In this document: positions 1-11,354 of the stretch, one piece after another | Position numbering within the stretch: position 1 is the first letter of the stretch | Layout: every line of letters starts with the position of its first letter | Origin: Octopus sinensis | Taxonomy: Eukaryota | Direction of reading: 5' to 3' | Assembly (NCBI RefSeq): GCF_006345805.1 | Contig: NC_043003.1 | Location: 19,592,001 to 19,656,000 of the forward strand | Length of the DNA: 64,000 bases | Position numbers and translations under genes: made by a program | Notes under the pieces: model-generated | What the model saw: the letters and a program-made list of their open reading frames with translations, nothing else | Databases searched by the model: none | What the model was told of the DNA's origin: nothing

Positions 1-290
1 TGAGCAAAAACACCTAAAAGCTCCACGAGGCTCCGGCAGGGGGTGATGGCGAACCTTGCTGTACTCTTTCACCACATCTTTCTCTCACTCTTTCTCCCTG
101 TTTCTGTTGTACCTGCATTTCAAAGGGCCAGCCTTGTCACACACTCTGTGTCACGCTGAATCTCCCCGAGAACTACGTTAAGAGTATACGTATTGTGGAG
201 TGCTCAGCCACTTACACGTTAATTTCACGAGCAGGCTGTTCCGTCGATCGAATCAACTGGAACCCACGTCGTCGTAACCGACGGAGTGCC
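1..290 (+). mobile_element. Body and 3' end of a SINE-like repeat cut by the window start
   Basis: GC-rich block starting with CORE-like tgagcaaaaacacctaa and ending gtcgtaaccgacggagtgccac, sharply bounded by AT-rich DNA. Confidence 0.45.
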
Positions 291-1019
291 ACGATTGCAC
301 AATGTATTTTTTGGATAATTCAGAATGTAAGGTATACGTTTTCAATTAAAATAATTTTGTTGTGAAAAGTTCGGAGTTTTTATCAATTTGAAGGCAGAAA
401 AAAGAGATTAGAATGAATAGATGGGTACTCTTTCTCTGTGGAATGTCTAACAAGCCTAGAAAATAATCATACTGATTCCCTTTCTTGCCTGCAGAAAAAT
501 TAAAAGCTAAAACCTGGAGTATAACCCCTTGGCTGACGATTTGCTACGAGGTTAAATCGTATGTTTATTTAGAAGTATACCTTATATTTCAAAGTATCTA
601 AAAACGCCGAGTTGTGCAATATATATAAATATATATCGCGCGCGCACACACACATATATAACACGTACCTTGGTTTACGTTGGACGAATGAGATACTTTG
701 GTGAAGTTTATTTTTGCTGAGGTATTTAAGAAGCAGAAACATGTCTGAAGCTGACACCTGTTAGTTGTCGAAATGATTAAAATGTTGTTATTTATTGCGC
801 TAAGGGTTCTTTCCCCACGGTGCATAAATAAAAGTATTTCTGATTAAATGCTAGCACTGACTTAACTATTATTGTTTTTCATGTACAAAACATACCTGAG
901 TAATTAACGTAAGCGATTTGTTTTCTCGAATATCTTACAATGTTGTCAAAAATTCTACAACCACCTGTTTTTAAAATAATTATCCTTTTTATTACAGGCC
1001 TTTTGGAATTTGGGGGAAG

Positions 1020-1352
1020 AAAGGCTAGTCAACTGGTACTTATTTTATTGAACCCCAAAGGGATGAAAGGCAAAGTCGATCTGGGCGAAATTTGAACCCA
1101 GAACGTAAAGAGACGAAGGGAATACCACTTAAGCATTTTGTTTGACTTGCTAACGATTCAGACAATTTACGGTCTTTAATAATTCCCTCTTGTTTTGTCT
1201 GAAAGGCAGCAATTCGAGAGGAAGGGGCCAGTGCTCAACTGGTACCTATTTTATCGACCCCGAAAGGATGAAAGGCAAAGTCACGGCGGAATTTGAATTC
1301 AGAACCTAAAAGATTGGAAGAAATGTCGCTAAGCATTTGTTTGGGGCGCTAA
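1020..1352 (-). mobile_element. Two diverged family-A SINE fragments
   Basis: ggatgaaaggcaaagtc..gaatttgaa.ccagaac motif twice (1020-1178, 1225-1352). Confidence 0.75.
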
Positions 1353-2454
1353 GATAATAATACCATTAATTATTTTGTCCTTCGCCTTGCAAATATTTCC
1401 TTGTAAGTAGTCGGCTACGAAAGTAAGGCTGTTGATTTGTAATTATTTGTATCACTTAGTTTGTTCTTTTCTGTCATTAATGTCTAATGAACATTATCTA
1501 AATGTGTTGTTTTATTAATGTCCTCACATTTCTATATTTTTTCACTTCTAACTACACCAAATAGTGAAGAAAAATATTAGAAAACAGTAAGTTGTACAAA
1601 TATATCTCTACTCATGACCAACTTTAGTTTGATTTGTTTTACGTGCGATAAGAAAAATAACTTGTCTTGTGTCCTTATTCTTGAAGATTCACTAAAGCTA
1701 TCAAAACAAATTCTTATAATCATACATTTAAGTCCGTGTTTATTTAATAAATTATTTTCCGAATTTTATTTTATCGTACTAGTTGATAGTATATATATAT
1801 ATCGAAAGATCGCCTATTATCCGTTTTGAAACACTCATAATCGCCAGTGTTTCCAGTGGGTCGCAATATAAATTATAACTTTATATTTATGTTTGTTGCT
1901 TCCGTAATATTTTTGTCTTCTGGAAATCTCAAATATCAAAGACTTACGTGATAGAGCTGTCTTCTTTAATAATTATTAACACCTTTCTTAATTATACTGA
2001 CATTAAAGTTTATAAGGTTGTCGTCGTTAAATGCACCACTGTCACATTTATGTCAGTGTGTGATTGTCATGAATTTTGTTCTGCAAGAACACAGTTTTAG
2101 TTCCAGTGACAATTATACCAAATATAACGAGTGTATATAATGTAAATATATTAATGGTGAACATAGTTTTTATTAATGGTCATCGTTATAGTTAATGAAG
2201 CAATGTAAATCTTACAGCACATACCAGCTTTAAATGTCAGGAGAATTGAGAATTTCTATAGAAATGGCTAGTTTCTTTGGCGGTTGAATTTTTTTGTTAT
2301 TCTAAGTAATATACCAAAATTTCGAAATTTATACAACGACTAGAGGCAGTGTGAGAAAGTATATCGAATTTACCAATTTTTGTAACGACCAAAGGTAGAA
2401 TAAGAGATATTATTCAGATTTCTCGCAGCATAATTATTTCAAAATATTTTCATT

Positions 2455-2586
2455 GTTTGGCAGCCGGCGGATGAATTCTTTTGCGGGTGTGCTGCGGTTG
2501 GCCTTTTTGGCTTCATAGGAATTTTATTTCCATGCAGTGGAGTTTGGTAAAAGCAGTTGGGAAAAGGAATTTGATTTGTTGTAAGC
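2455..2586 (+). promoter_or_regulatory. Candidate non-coding first exon/TSS region of ZNF-A with donor GTAAGC at 2581
   Basis: Locally GC/CpG-richer, repeat-free island similar to 30960-31070 upstream of ZNF-B. Inference only. Confidence 0.3.
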
Positions 2587-3149
2587 AAGAGGCGAGCAAA
2601 AGTTTAATGCTTTGGGCAGAACACTTCATCCGAGAAGGAGGTTTTAGTTTGTTAATTTTATATCTAAAATTGAAATTGTTCAGTTATTTTTGTGATAGAA
2701 TATTAAAAGAAAAAGTTATGAATTAAATTATTCAATATTTTCAATGACCAGTGATTAGATAACAGAAATTGAGGTAAAATATAAAAAAAAACTCTTTAGT
2801 TTCTTTCAATGGTGAAGAACTGGTCTTGATATCTTCAGACAACTTGATGTCCACTCAAAATCTACATTGCAAAGCTCTGTACAAACCTATAGTTATAATC
2901 AAAACATCTCCCAAAACAGCCATTTGAGAGCTGAAAGAGAAATGATATGTTCTCTGTGCTACATTGGTTGTTGGATGGACACACCCCTCTTCTGAAAGGA
3001 ATGGCTTTTTATCAGTCGATTAAGCAAAATGGAATGAGGGTAGACTGTCAGTGTTGACTGCTAATGTAACTATAGCCTGCAAGTTATTGTGAAGTGGATA
3101 TTTAGTATTCCAATATGCAAACAGAAGAAAGTAAAGTCAACTTTAGCAG

Positions 3150-3600
3150 GTGCAGGTCTGGCTGTGTAGTTGAGAAGTTTCCTTCCCAACCATGTGGTCT
3201 CAGGTTCTGTCCCACTGTGCAGCACCTTAGGCAGATGTCATCTAATAGCCTTGGGTTGACCAAAGCCTTGTGAGTAGATTTGGTGGATGGAAGCTGTAGA
3301 AGCCCTTCATATATGCATGTGTGTGTGTATGTATATATGTACGCACAGGGGCATAGCTAGGGTGGTGCAAGTAGGGCACATGCCCTGGGTGCCATTTTGA
3401 GGGGGACGCAATTTTGGCCCAAATCTTTTTCTAATTAAGCCATTTCTATGCAAGTTTCCACTCTTTGGTTGGGAGTGGGAGCACAATTTTGATGCTTTCC
3501 CTGGGCACCATTTACCTTAGCTGCACCCCTGTGTATGTATGCATAAACCCTTGTTTTGACATGATGATCATAAATAAATCTCACTGTCATATAAGCAATG
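3150..3600 (+). mobile_element. Old family-B-related SINE carrying a MITE insertion
   Basis: ctggctgtgtag...ggttctgtcccactgtgcagcaccttaggcag...gaccaaagccttgtgagt. Confidence 0.7.
3346..3531. mobile_element. hAT-like MITE
   Basis: TIRs caggggcatagctagggt / accttagctgcacccctg; decayed 8-bp TSD tgtacgca / tgtatgta. Confidence 0.7.
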
Positions 3601-4490
3601 TTGTTTCCAATCTTCTGTGGAAAAATGGGAAAATAAATGTTACCTGATAATGATGAACTATAAATGTGTTGAAGCTCGCTATTGTAGTGTTTGGATCCAA
3701 GTTTGTATGGAACTTCAGGTTGATGGCAAAATTCTATCAAACTTCAGGTGTTTGTCAGCTTGATGCCAATGCATAGTTTCTTTTCTTGATCTTGTTCAAG
3801 TGGTCTTCATGTGTTTGGGTTCTTCCTGGAATGTATGGTACCAGGTGTTAGTCTTGTTTCTATTTTTCCTTCTGGTTTCCTAATCTTTGCAGTTTTTGCT
3901 TGATGATGGGCTGGCAAATAACAAGATATGACTGAAATATGATTTACTCTGATCTGTGGTTAGAAAATTTGTAGGCTTTGGCTTAATGATGTCAATTACG
4001 GTCATTATTTTGTTGATCCTGTTCCTGGAGTCCACACCCAAAACATTGAGAGTAAGTGGTAAACAGACTGATCTAGATCTTGAAAAAGACAAGTATATTT
4101 GCTCAATACCCACCTTCAAAAAATACTGTAAAGATTTGATCCAGAGGAGAGTTCCTGTGATGGAAAGGTCCCAGTTTCTGAATTTACTGCTAAAATTCAC
4201 CCATTAATTCATATGTGAGTCATGAATAACCTCATTTTCTGTCATTTAACCTCCAGTAATCAGAAAGAAAAACTTTAGTCTCTCTTTATTTATCTTATTT
4301 CCTCTTTATCTTCTGCAATTAAGAAAAAGTATAAATATATATAAATAAATAAATATATATGTATGTATATACATATATATATACATATATATATTTTTTT
4401 TATATATGTACTTGCATAGCAAGTGACCTGATCTGAGAGTGTGTGCTGGAATGAAAACAATTGCAGCGTGGAAGGTGTTTATAAGCCATT

Positions 4491-4693
4491 TAAGAAACAC
4501 ACAAAAACCGTTAGTTTCACTCAAACATTTAAATTTAATTTGCCAAAATATTTCCATCGCTTTGAGACCACAACTGTTTGCTGAAGCACAGAATTTTGTC
4601 AGTGAACAGGTCATGGTGTCAAAGCGACAAAAATATTTTGGCAAATTAAATTTAAATGTCGAAGTGAATCTAACGGTTTTTGTGTGTTTCTTA
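4491..4693. repeat. ~200-bp imperfect palindrome
   Basis: taagaaacacacaaaaaccgttag (4491) pairs with ctaacggtttttgtgtgtttctta (ends 4693); pairing continues inward. Confidence 0.9.
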
Positions 4694-4768
4694 TATATAT
4701 ATATATATATGCAGGTATGTTGATTCAAACAAGAAAAATAGAAAAATGAGTATATTCATATTTTCATT

Positions 4769-4877
4769 AATATTTAGCAGAAGTAACAGAGTGACTCAAA
4801 GTTCAAGAGTTTTGTGCATTGTATCAATGCTCAAAACTCTCAGACTTTGAGTCACTCTGTTACTTCTGCTAAATATT
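4769..4877. repeat. 109-bp near-perfect palindrome
   Basis: 34-bp perfect outer stem (4769-4802 / 4844-4877), inner 16-bp stem with 1 mismatch, 3-nt loop. Confidence 0.95.
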
Positions 4878-4969
4878 GATCAACAAGTCCTAGGGTCGAT
4901 TTGTTCAACTAAAACCTTTGAAGATGGTGCTCCGGCATAGTTGCAGTCAAATGACTGAAACAAGTAAAA

Positions 4970-4994
<25 letters not shown>

Positions 4995-5006
<12 letters not shown>

Positions 5007-5210
5007 GAAATAAGGTACTTGGATGGTTTTATTATTACAGATTTTTATTAATATGTCACATGTTTTTATAAATCATGTATTAATGCTTGCATCTACACCA
5101 GTAGATGCAAGTGCTAAAATATGATTTATAAAAACATGTGACATATTAATAAAAATCTGTAAATATAAAACCATCCAGATTTCTGAATACCCTATTTCTT
5201 CTAATATATA
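4995..5210. repeat. ~215-bp imperfect palindrome
   Basis: ggatggtttt...cttgcatctac acca gtagatgcaag...aaaaccatcc, plus outer tatatattagaagaaata / tatttcttctaatatata. Confidence 0.92.
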
Positions 5211-5240
5211 ATACCTGTACATCATCTCCAAACCTTCTAA

Positions 5241-5414
5241 AGCACCCACTACACTCACAGAGTGGTTGGCGTTAGGAAGGGCATCCAGCCGTAGAAACAT
5301 TGCCAGATCAGACTGGGCCTGGTGCAGCCTTCTGGCTTCCCAGACCCTGGCCAAACTGTCCAACCCATGCTAACATGGAAAGCGGATGCTAAACGATGAT
5401 GATGATGATGATGA
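5241..5414 (+). mobile_element. Family-C short retroposon (RTE-like 3' end with (ATG)n tail)
   Basis: gagtggttggcgttaggaagggcatccagc...catggaaagcggatgctaaacgatgatgatg. Confidence 0.85.
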
Positions 5415-6264
5415 TATATATATATATGTGTGTGTGTATGTATAATCATTTAATGTCTATGTTCCATGCTGGCACAGGTTAGATGATGGTTTGACAGGAT
5501 CTGATGGGTCCAAGGATTGCATCATGTTCCAATGCTTACCTAATGCTGGCCATTTTACAACATGTACTGAGTACTTTTTTTTTCATAGCACTGACACCTG
5601 TTATGTCACCATGCAGCTTGCAAAACTACAAACTTGAGATGGTGCTTGGCTTTATGCTATGAGACGTAGTGGTTAAAGTATGAGAGAATGGGTGGGATGC
5701 AGAGTAGGTTATGAAATTATGTACTTTGCCCAATAAATAAATAAATAAAAATATTCTCATAGTCACTCATTTTTATTATTTCATCTTGTAATTTTGAAAA
5801 AAAATTTTAAGATAAGCAACAAATACTATAATGGGTGAAAAAAAAGCCAATTGCAGCAAAGAAACCAAAATTAAATTCTTGCATTGGTTAACGAACAAAC
5901 CTGATGATGTCCAAATGAGTGCAGTGTAATTTTTGCATATTTCTTGATCTATAAATATTTTTGACCTTGTCACTTTAGCATTCTAATCTTCTTTTAAAAC
6001 ACTTCACTGGTCACAATAGCTGAGAAACACGATCATATTGTTTCAGTGTTATTTCCTGTAATGTGACTGAACTACTGTTTTCTTGACTAACCTTCAACAA
6101 TAAGGGAATGGAATGCTTTTCTGTCGGAACTGGCCTCATTATCTCTTTCAACAAAATGAACAAAGTTGGCCTCGCCAATATCAAAATCCACACTGCACTC
6201 AATCTAGTCCTCTGTTGAGTTCTGGATATTGAAACTATAGACATCAGTGCTATATACAATCTGA

Positions 6265-6530
6265 CTGTGAGGGCATATGACCAAATGGTTCAGATGTTGC
6301 ACTCATGATTATGAGATTGTGGGTTCTTTTCCTGGACTGGGTGGTGCTTTGTGTTCTCAAGCAAAACACTTCATCTCACATTTGTTCTGTAATCACTTCG
6401 ATATCTGACATGTGGTGCACCTGTACAGGTAATGTCAATTTGATAGAGGGAGTTTGCCAATGTACAGCACATACACCTGATTACTATAAACAAATTGTTT
6501 GTGCACACTATTCTTTAAGAAATTGCTGAA
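6265..6530 (+). mobile_element. Old CORE-like SINE related to family D
   Basis: gggcatatgaccaaatggtt...gtgggttc...gtgttctcaagcaaaacactt. Confidence 0.6.
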
Positions 6531-6688
6531 CTGTCTTTCTTGGACTATGAGAGACTACCATCACCCTCACCACTATCATACAGTCTGACAGAGACCAGCA
6601 AAAATAAATTTAAAGTTATACGATCTCTTCTATGCACTAATTTCTGAACAAGTCCCTCTCCTTAAACCAATGGTATTTTGTTATTTTA

Positions 6689-6920
6689 AGGCGGCGAGCT
6701 GGCAGAATCGCTAGCACACCGGGCAAAATGCGTAGCCGTATTTCGTCTGCCGTTACGTTCTGAGTTCAAATTCCGCCGAGGTTGACTTTGCCTTTCATTC
6801 TTTTGGGGTCGATAAATTAAGTACCAGTTACACACTGGGGTTGATATAATCTACTTAATCCGTTTGTCTGTCCTTGTTTGTCCTCTCTGTGTTTAGCCCC
6901 TTGTCGGTAGTAAAGAAATA
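6689..6920 (+). mobile_element. Family-A tRNA-derived SINE, full length, 17-bp TSD
   Basis: A-box TGGCAGAATCG, B-box GAGTTCAAATTCC; TSD ggtattytgttatttta at 6672-6688 and 6921-6937. Confidence 0.92.
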
Positions 6921-7402
6921 GGTATTCTGTTATTTTATGGTGGGTCCAAGCAAGCAAGAAATTTAATATTTTCTATTATTTTAGCTCTAACAATTGCCAT
7001 TATTTCAATTAATTTTGAAAATAATAAAGTATTTAGTGAAATAGCTATTTATTAAGCTAATCTTTGGAATAATCATCAAATTGAAATTTTGTTGGAAAGT
7101 TTTAATTTAGATTGCTGTAAATCATAAAATTTGTAGAATTTGTACCAGGGGCAATCTTGAGCAGGTTGGTATCAAAGAGGTTTATGAATGCAAGTCTAGT
7201 ATGTATTGGGTGCATATGGATGGAAGGTCAAGGAATAGAGAGTGGTATCATCAGTGTAGGAGTGTGTGTGTGTGGAATGAATGGTAACAAGGAATGTCAT
7301 TGATGTACCAGAGGAAGAATTGGTAAGACAAACTGAATCCTGGGATACATCAGATTTGATGTAAGTTGGGAAGAGCAACAACATATTCCAGTAGAATGAA
7401 TA

Positions 7403-7638
7403 GGCGCAGGAGTGGCTGTGTGGTAAGTAGCTTGCTAACCAACCACATGGTTCCGGGTTCAGTCCCACTGTGTGGCATCTTGGGCAAGTGTCTTCTGCTA
7501 TAGCCCCGGGCCAACCAATGCCTTGTGAGTGGATTTGGTGGACGGAAACTGAAAGAAGACTGTCGTATATATATATGTATGTGTGTTTGTGTGTCTGTGT
7601 TTGTCCCCCTAGCATTGCTTGACAACCGATGCTGGTGT
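7403..7638 (+). mobile_element. Family-B tRNA-derived SINE (CORE-like centre), 3' truncated
   Basis: A-box TGGCTGTGTGG, B-box GGTTCAGTCCC, CORE-like tcttgggcaagtgtctt, internal (TA)/(TG) tract. Confidence 0.9.
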
Positions 7639-7854
7639 AGAAAATGTCTAAGCTATGAGACAGAGTACTGATGGCGCCAATAAACTGATAACTTTAGAGG
7701 TTCTGATGCCAAACAGAGTTGAAAGATTTGCTGATGTGAAAGGCAACAATATTGTTTAAAATAAGGGCGTTAATTTATTTGTGTAAGAAAGAAGGTGTGT
7801 GCTAAATCTGGTCCTATAGAAACTCTACAAGTAATTACTCAGAAGATGTATGAT

Positions 7855-8069
7855 TTAACCTATTTTTTTAACACACATATATATTTATATTGAAATATAC
7901 TGTTTCAGTTAATTGTTAAAATAATATTGTCATTATTAGGATGATATTTGGAATATAAATTAACAAGAAATTTTGATGGCAGGTTTTAATTTAGATGACT
8001 TTAAAACAAGGAAATTTGTATCATTACAGCTAAGAGCAGTTTCAGGCAGATTGCTATCAAAAGAGTTAA
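7855..8069. mobile_element. TTAA-flanked (piggyBac-like) MITE, subfamily X
   Basis: ttaacc...tatcaaaagagttaa; internal similarity to 15748-16195 and 22798-23030. Confidence 0.7.
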
Positions 8070-8254
8070 GATGATAAAGTAAATGGCTGTTTGCAGTTGT
8101 TCTCATTTCTCTGTGGAGAACTGGGACTGGACCTAAGCCTTGATATAAGTTAATGGAATAGATTCTGCCATGACTGGTTACTTAGCTGGGTTCATTGTAT
8201 TTGATGTATGTAGTGGTGAAATAAATGTAGTGAGGAACAAGAATTAGAGGTTTA

Positions 8255-8749
8255 CCGTAAATCCTCGAGTATAATACGCAGGGGATTTTTAGGGGGCTGT
8301 ACCTCTGAAAAACCTAAACCTTGTGTATAATATGCACCCCTTCTATAACTTGAGTCAAGGAGATCTATATAACGTCCTTGGTTTGTAAAACTGTATACGG
8401 TAATGTCCCTTATTATTATTGCATATATAACATAATGCAAACATGTAGCTTTTTTGTGCATTTTGTTTGCAGAAAATAAAGAAATAACAGTAATAACGTT
8501 TAATAAATGTTGCTTACTGCAAGTTATGGATGATTCTTTTATGACTTCATTGCTTTCAGGCTTAGCTTAAGGTATTTTCGCGCCCGACATCACAAAATGC
8601 GTCTGAATAAACATCGCCATTCAGCAAATAGAGACTCAGACATTGATTACAAAATAATTTTAATTTTTAACGTTGTATATAGTACGCATTAGGGATTTTG
8701 ACCTTTAAATTTTGGGGAAAAGATGCGGATTATACTCGAGGATTTATGG
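8255..8749. mobile_element. Tc1/mariner-pogo-like MITE with TA TSD
   Basis: 26-bp TIRs ccgtaaatcctcgagtataatacgca / tgcggattatactcgaggatttatgg (2 mismatches), flanked by TA. Confidence 0.88.
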
Positions 8750-8779
8750 TATGCAGTGAGTGTGATGGAAAGGTACCAG

Positions 8780-9550
8780 TTTTTGTTTAAGGCATTGCAG
8801 ATAGGAAGATTTTGCATAATGGAAGTAATGTAAGAGAGATGCCTGTTAGTATTGTGTCTTTCATTACTCTCTTCTTCTTCCACTAATTCATCCCAGCCAC
8901 TGTTTCGCTATCATACTCTTTCTTTCGCCTACAGAACAGACATGGTGATGTGATTTGAGGGAGACTTCATTGCAATTCCTAATTGTTTAAAAGACCACAT
9001 AGAAGCTTTTTTTCTTGGTCATCGTTTTAGATGGTGACTGAGTGTGGTGATTCCTGTAGCCCTGGATGTTTTAAGCACATGCTTTTTATTTGGTCATATC
9101 TTTTTTAGTATTTTTCCGTTACCCTATTAATTTTCTTGTGTCTGATGGAAAGAAGGAGTCTAAATTGTGAATATTTTGTTATTTTATGTTTTAGTTTTTG
9201 TGTAGTTTTTGGTGACTGCTTTTCAAAAAATGCATGACAGGTGGGTTTCCTCGCTGTTGGAGTGTAGATATGTTATCTGCAGGTTATTCGTGTTAAGTGG
9301 TTCTAGCTATTGTTCATGTCGTTAATTACTTGCTATTGTATATTACTGTTTGTTTAGTTGTTCTATTTTAGATGCAAATATTTGACAAATATGGGTGGTG
9401 TGGGGTGAAGGGGAGTTTGTGGGAGATATTTTCTTTGTTATTTCATTTCTTTGTTCTTGATGTTGAACATATATTTTAGTTGTAAGCAATGTTTCCTCTG
9501 CAAATTTTGCATTTTTTTCTCTATTTGCAAAGTATGTAGCCATCACTCAA
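8780..9550 (-). mobile_element. Highly decayed Penelope-like element remnant (RT-endonuclease linker/GIY-YIG region)
   Basis: LNTNNLQITY resembles FNRNNxKISY; TTLSHH...W...CLFC and ALNKN resemble the C-terminal PLE endonuclease pattern. Many stops. Confidence 0.4.
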
Positions 9551-9669
9551 ATTTTTTCAGTAAAAAAAAAAAAAGTCCAATTTCAATTTGAAAGCCTTGT
9601 GTGCACTGTTTACAGGGAACACTGGTCATGAGCAATGCATTGTGTTTTACACACATGCAAATAACTGCA

Positions 9670-10050
9670 CTCTTTTCTCTTTTACTTATTTCAGTCATTT
9701 GACTGCAGCCATGCTGAAGCACCGCCTTTAGTTGAGCAAATCGACCCCAGGACTCATTCTATCGGCCTCTTTTGTTGAACCGCTAAGTTATGGGGACGTA
9801 GACACACCAGCATTGGTTGTCAAGCGATGTTGAAGGGGAGAAACACAGACAAACACACACACACACACATATATGTATATATACATATATACGATGGGCT
9901 TCTTTCAGTTTCCGTCTACCAAATCCACTCACTAGGATTTGGTCGGCCCGAGGCTATAGTAGCAGACACTTGCCCAAGGTGCCACGTAGTGGGACTGACC
10001 CCAGAATCATGTGGTTGGTAAGCAAGCTACTTACCACAGCCACTCCTGCA
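9670..10050 (-). mobile_element. Family-B SINE, full length
   Basis: Reverse complement of the 11140-11584 copy. Confidence 0.9.
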
Positions 10051-10594
10051 CTCATCATTATCGTTTAACATCTTTGTTCTATGTTTGGATGGTTCTACAA
10101 GATTTGATTAACTTAAGGGTTGTGTTGGTCTGCAGTGTCTGCTTTGGTAAGGTTTCAATGGCTGGATACCCTTCCTAATGCTAGCCATTTTACAAAGTAT
10201 ATCAGTTTTCCATGACACCAGCACTTGTTGGTTAACTGAATAATCTGCTAGACAAGACTTCTTCACATAGTGGAGGTGCAGTATTCAAGGAGATAGCATT
10301 GTGACAGGGGTAGAGAGGCAACAGTAGGAAAGAGAGACTGGGATAGGTGTCCTGCTGTACAGAAGATACATGGGTACACTTGCAAAAACAAAAGGAGAAA
10401 GGAAAGTAGAGATGGTACAAGAAGGTGGATAGAGAACAGGAAGAAGTTGGGACAGAGAATTGAGATTGGTTGGGTAGGTGGATGGCGGGGGACGTCAGAA
10501 GATACAGGAACAAAAGTTTAGAGGGAACAATGCCCACAACTGAAATGTGCATACTAAGCATTGTGAACTAAGAAATGAAATAATAAAAAAAAAT

Positions 10595-10820
10595 ATCTCC
10601 CACAAACTCCCCCATAACACTCCCCTCTTCATACAGTTGTCAAGTATTTGTCTAACATAAAACTACTTAAACAGTAAAACACCATAGTGAGTAATTAACA
10701 ATATCAACAACTCTAACTGTAGCCACAACACTTCAAATTTAACAATAACAACCTTCAGATAATATATCTATACCCAACAGCAAGTAAACTTCCTTATCAA
10801 ATGTTTTTCGAAAATTACTT
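10595..10820 (+). mobile_element. Second, inverted copy of the Penelope-like fragment
   Basis: Aligns to the reverse complement of 9200-9430 (aatatctcccacaaactccc; acctkcagataayatatcta); translates HFKFNNNNLQIIY. Confidence 0.45.
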
Positions 10821-10994
10821 TCTTTGCTTTTTTGTTTTTTTAATCACTTTGGTTATTTCACTTGTGTAATCGGGGTTGTATTTTGTTCCTCGTGTAATAT
10901 TATTCTCAAAGCATCTGTAATTGTTGTTGTTGCCTGTATTTACTGTATTGTGTTTATCTTCTTGTTGATTTCTGCAAAATTCTCAATTCTGTTT

Positions 10995-11319
10995 CGGTGG
11001 CACGTAAAATGCACTATCTGAATGTGATTGATGCCAGGCCCACCTGACTTGCTCCCATGCCTGTGGTACATAAAAAGCACCCGCTACACTACAGAGTGGT
11101 TGGTGTTAGGAAGGACATCCAGCTGTAGAAACATTGCCAGGCGTAGGAGTGGCTGTGTGGTAAGTAGCTTGCTTATGAACCACATGGTTCCAGGTTCAAT
11201 CCCACTGCGTGGCACCTTAGGCAAGTGTCTTCTACTATAGCCTTGAGCCGACCAAGCCTTGTGAGTGAATTTGGTAGACGGAAACTGAAAGATGCCCGTC
11301 GTATATATGTATATATATA

Positions 11320-11354
<35 letters not shown>

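Noticed and set aside
3600-4220. Possible LINE RT remnant on the minus strand (IPGR...KFDRI)
   Set aside because: The motif match is too weak and frame-broken to call without a search.
6689-6790. tRNA genes at SINE heads (A/B boxes)
   Set aside because: No complete cloverleaf; the heads run into SINE bodies with TSDs.
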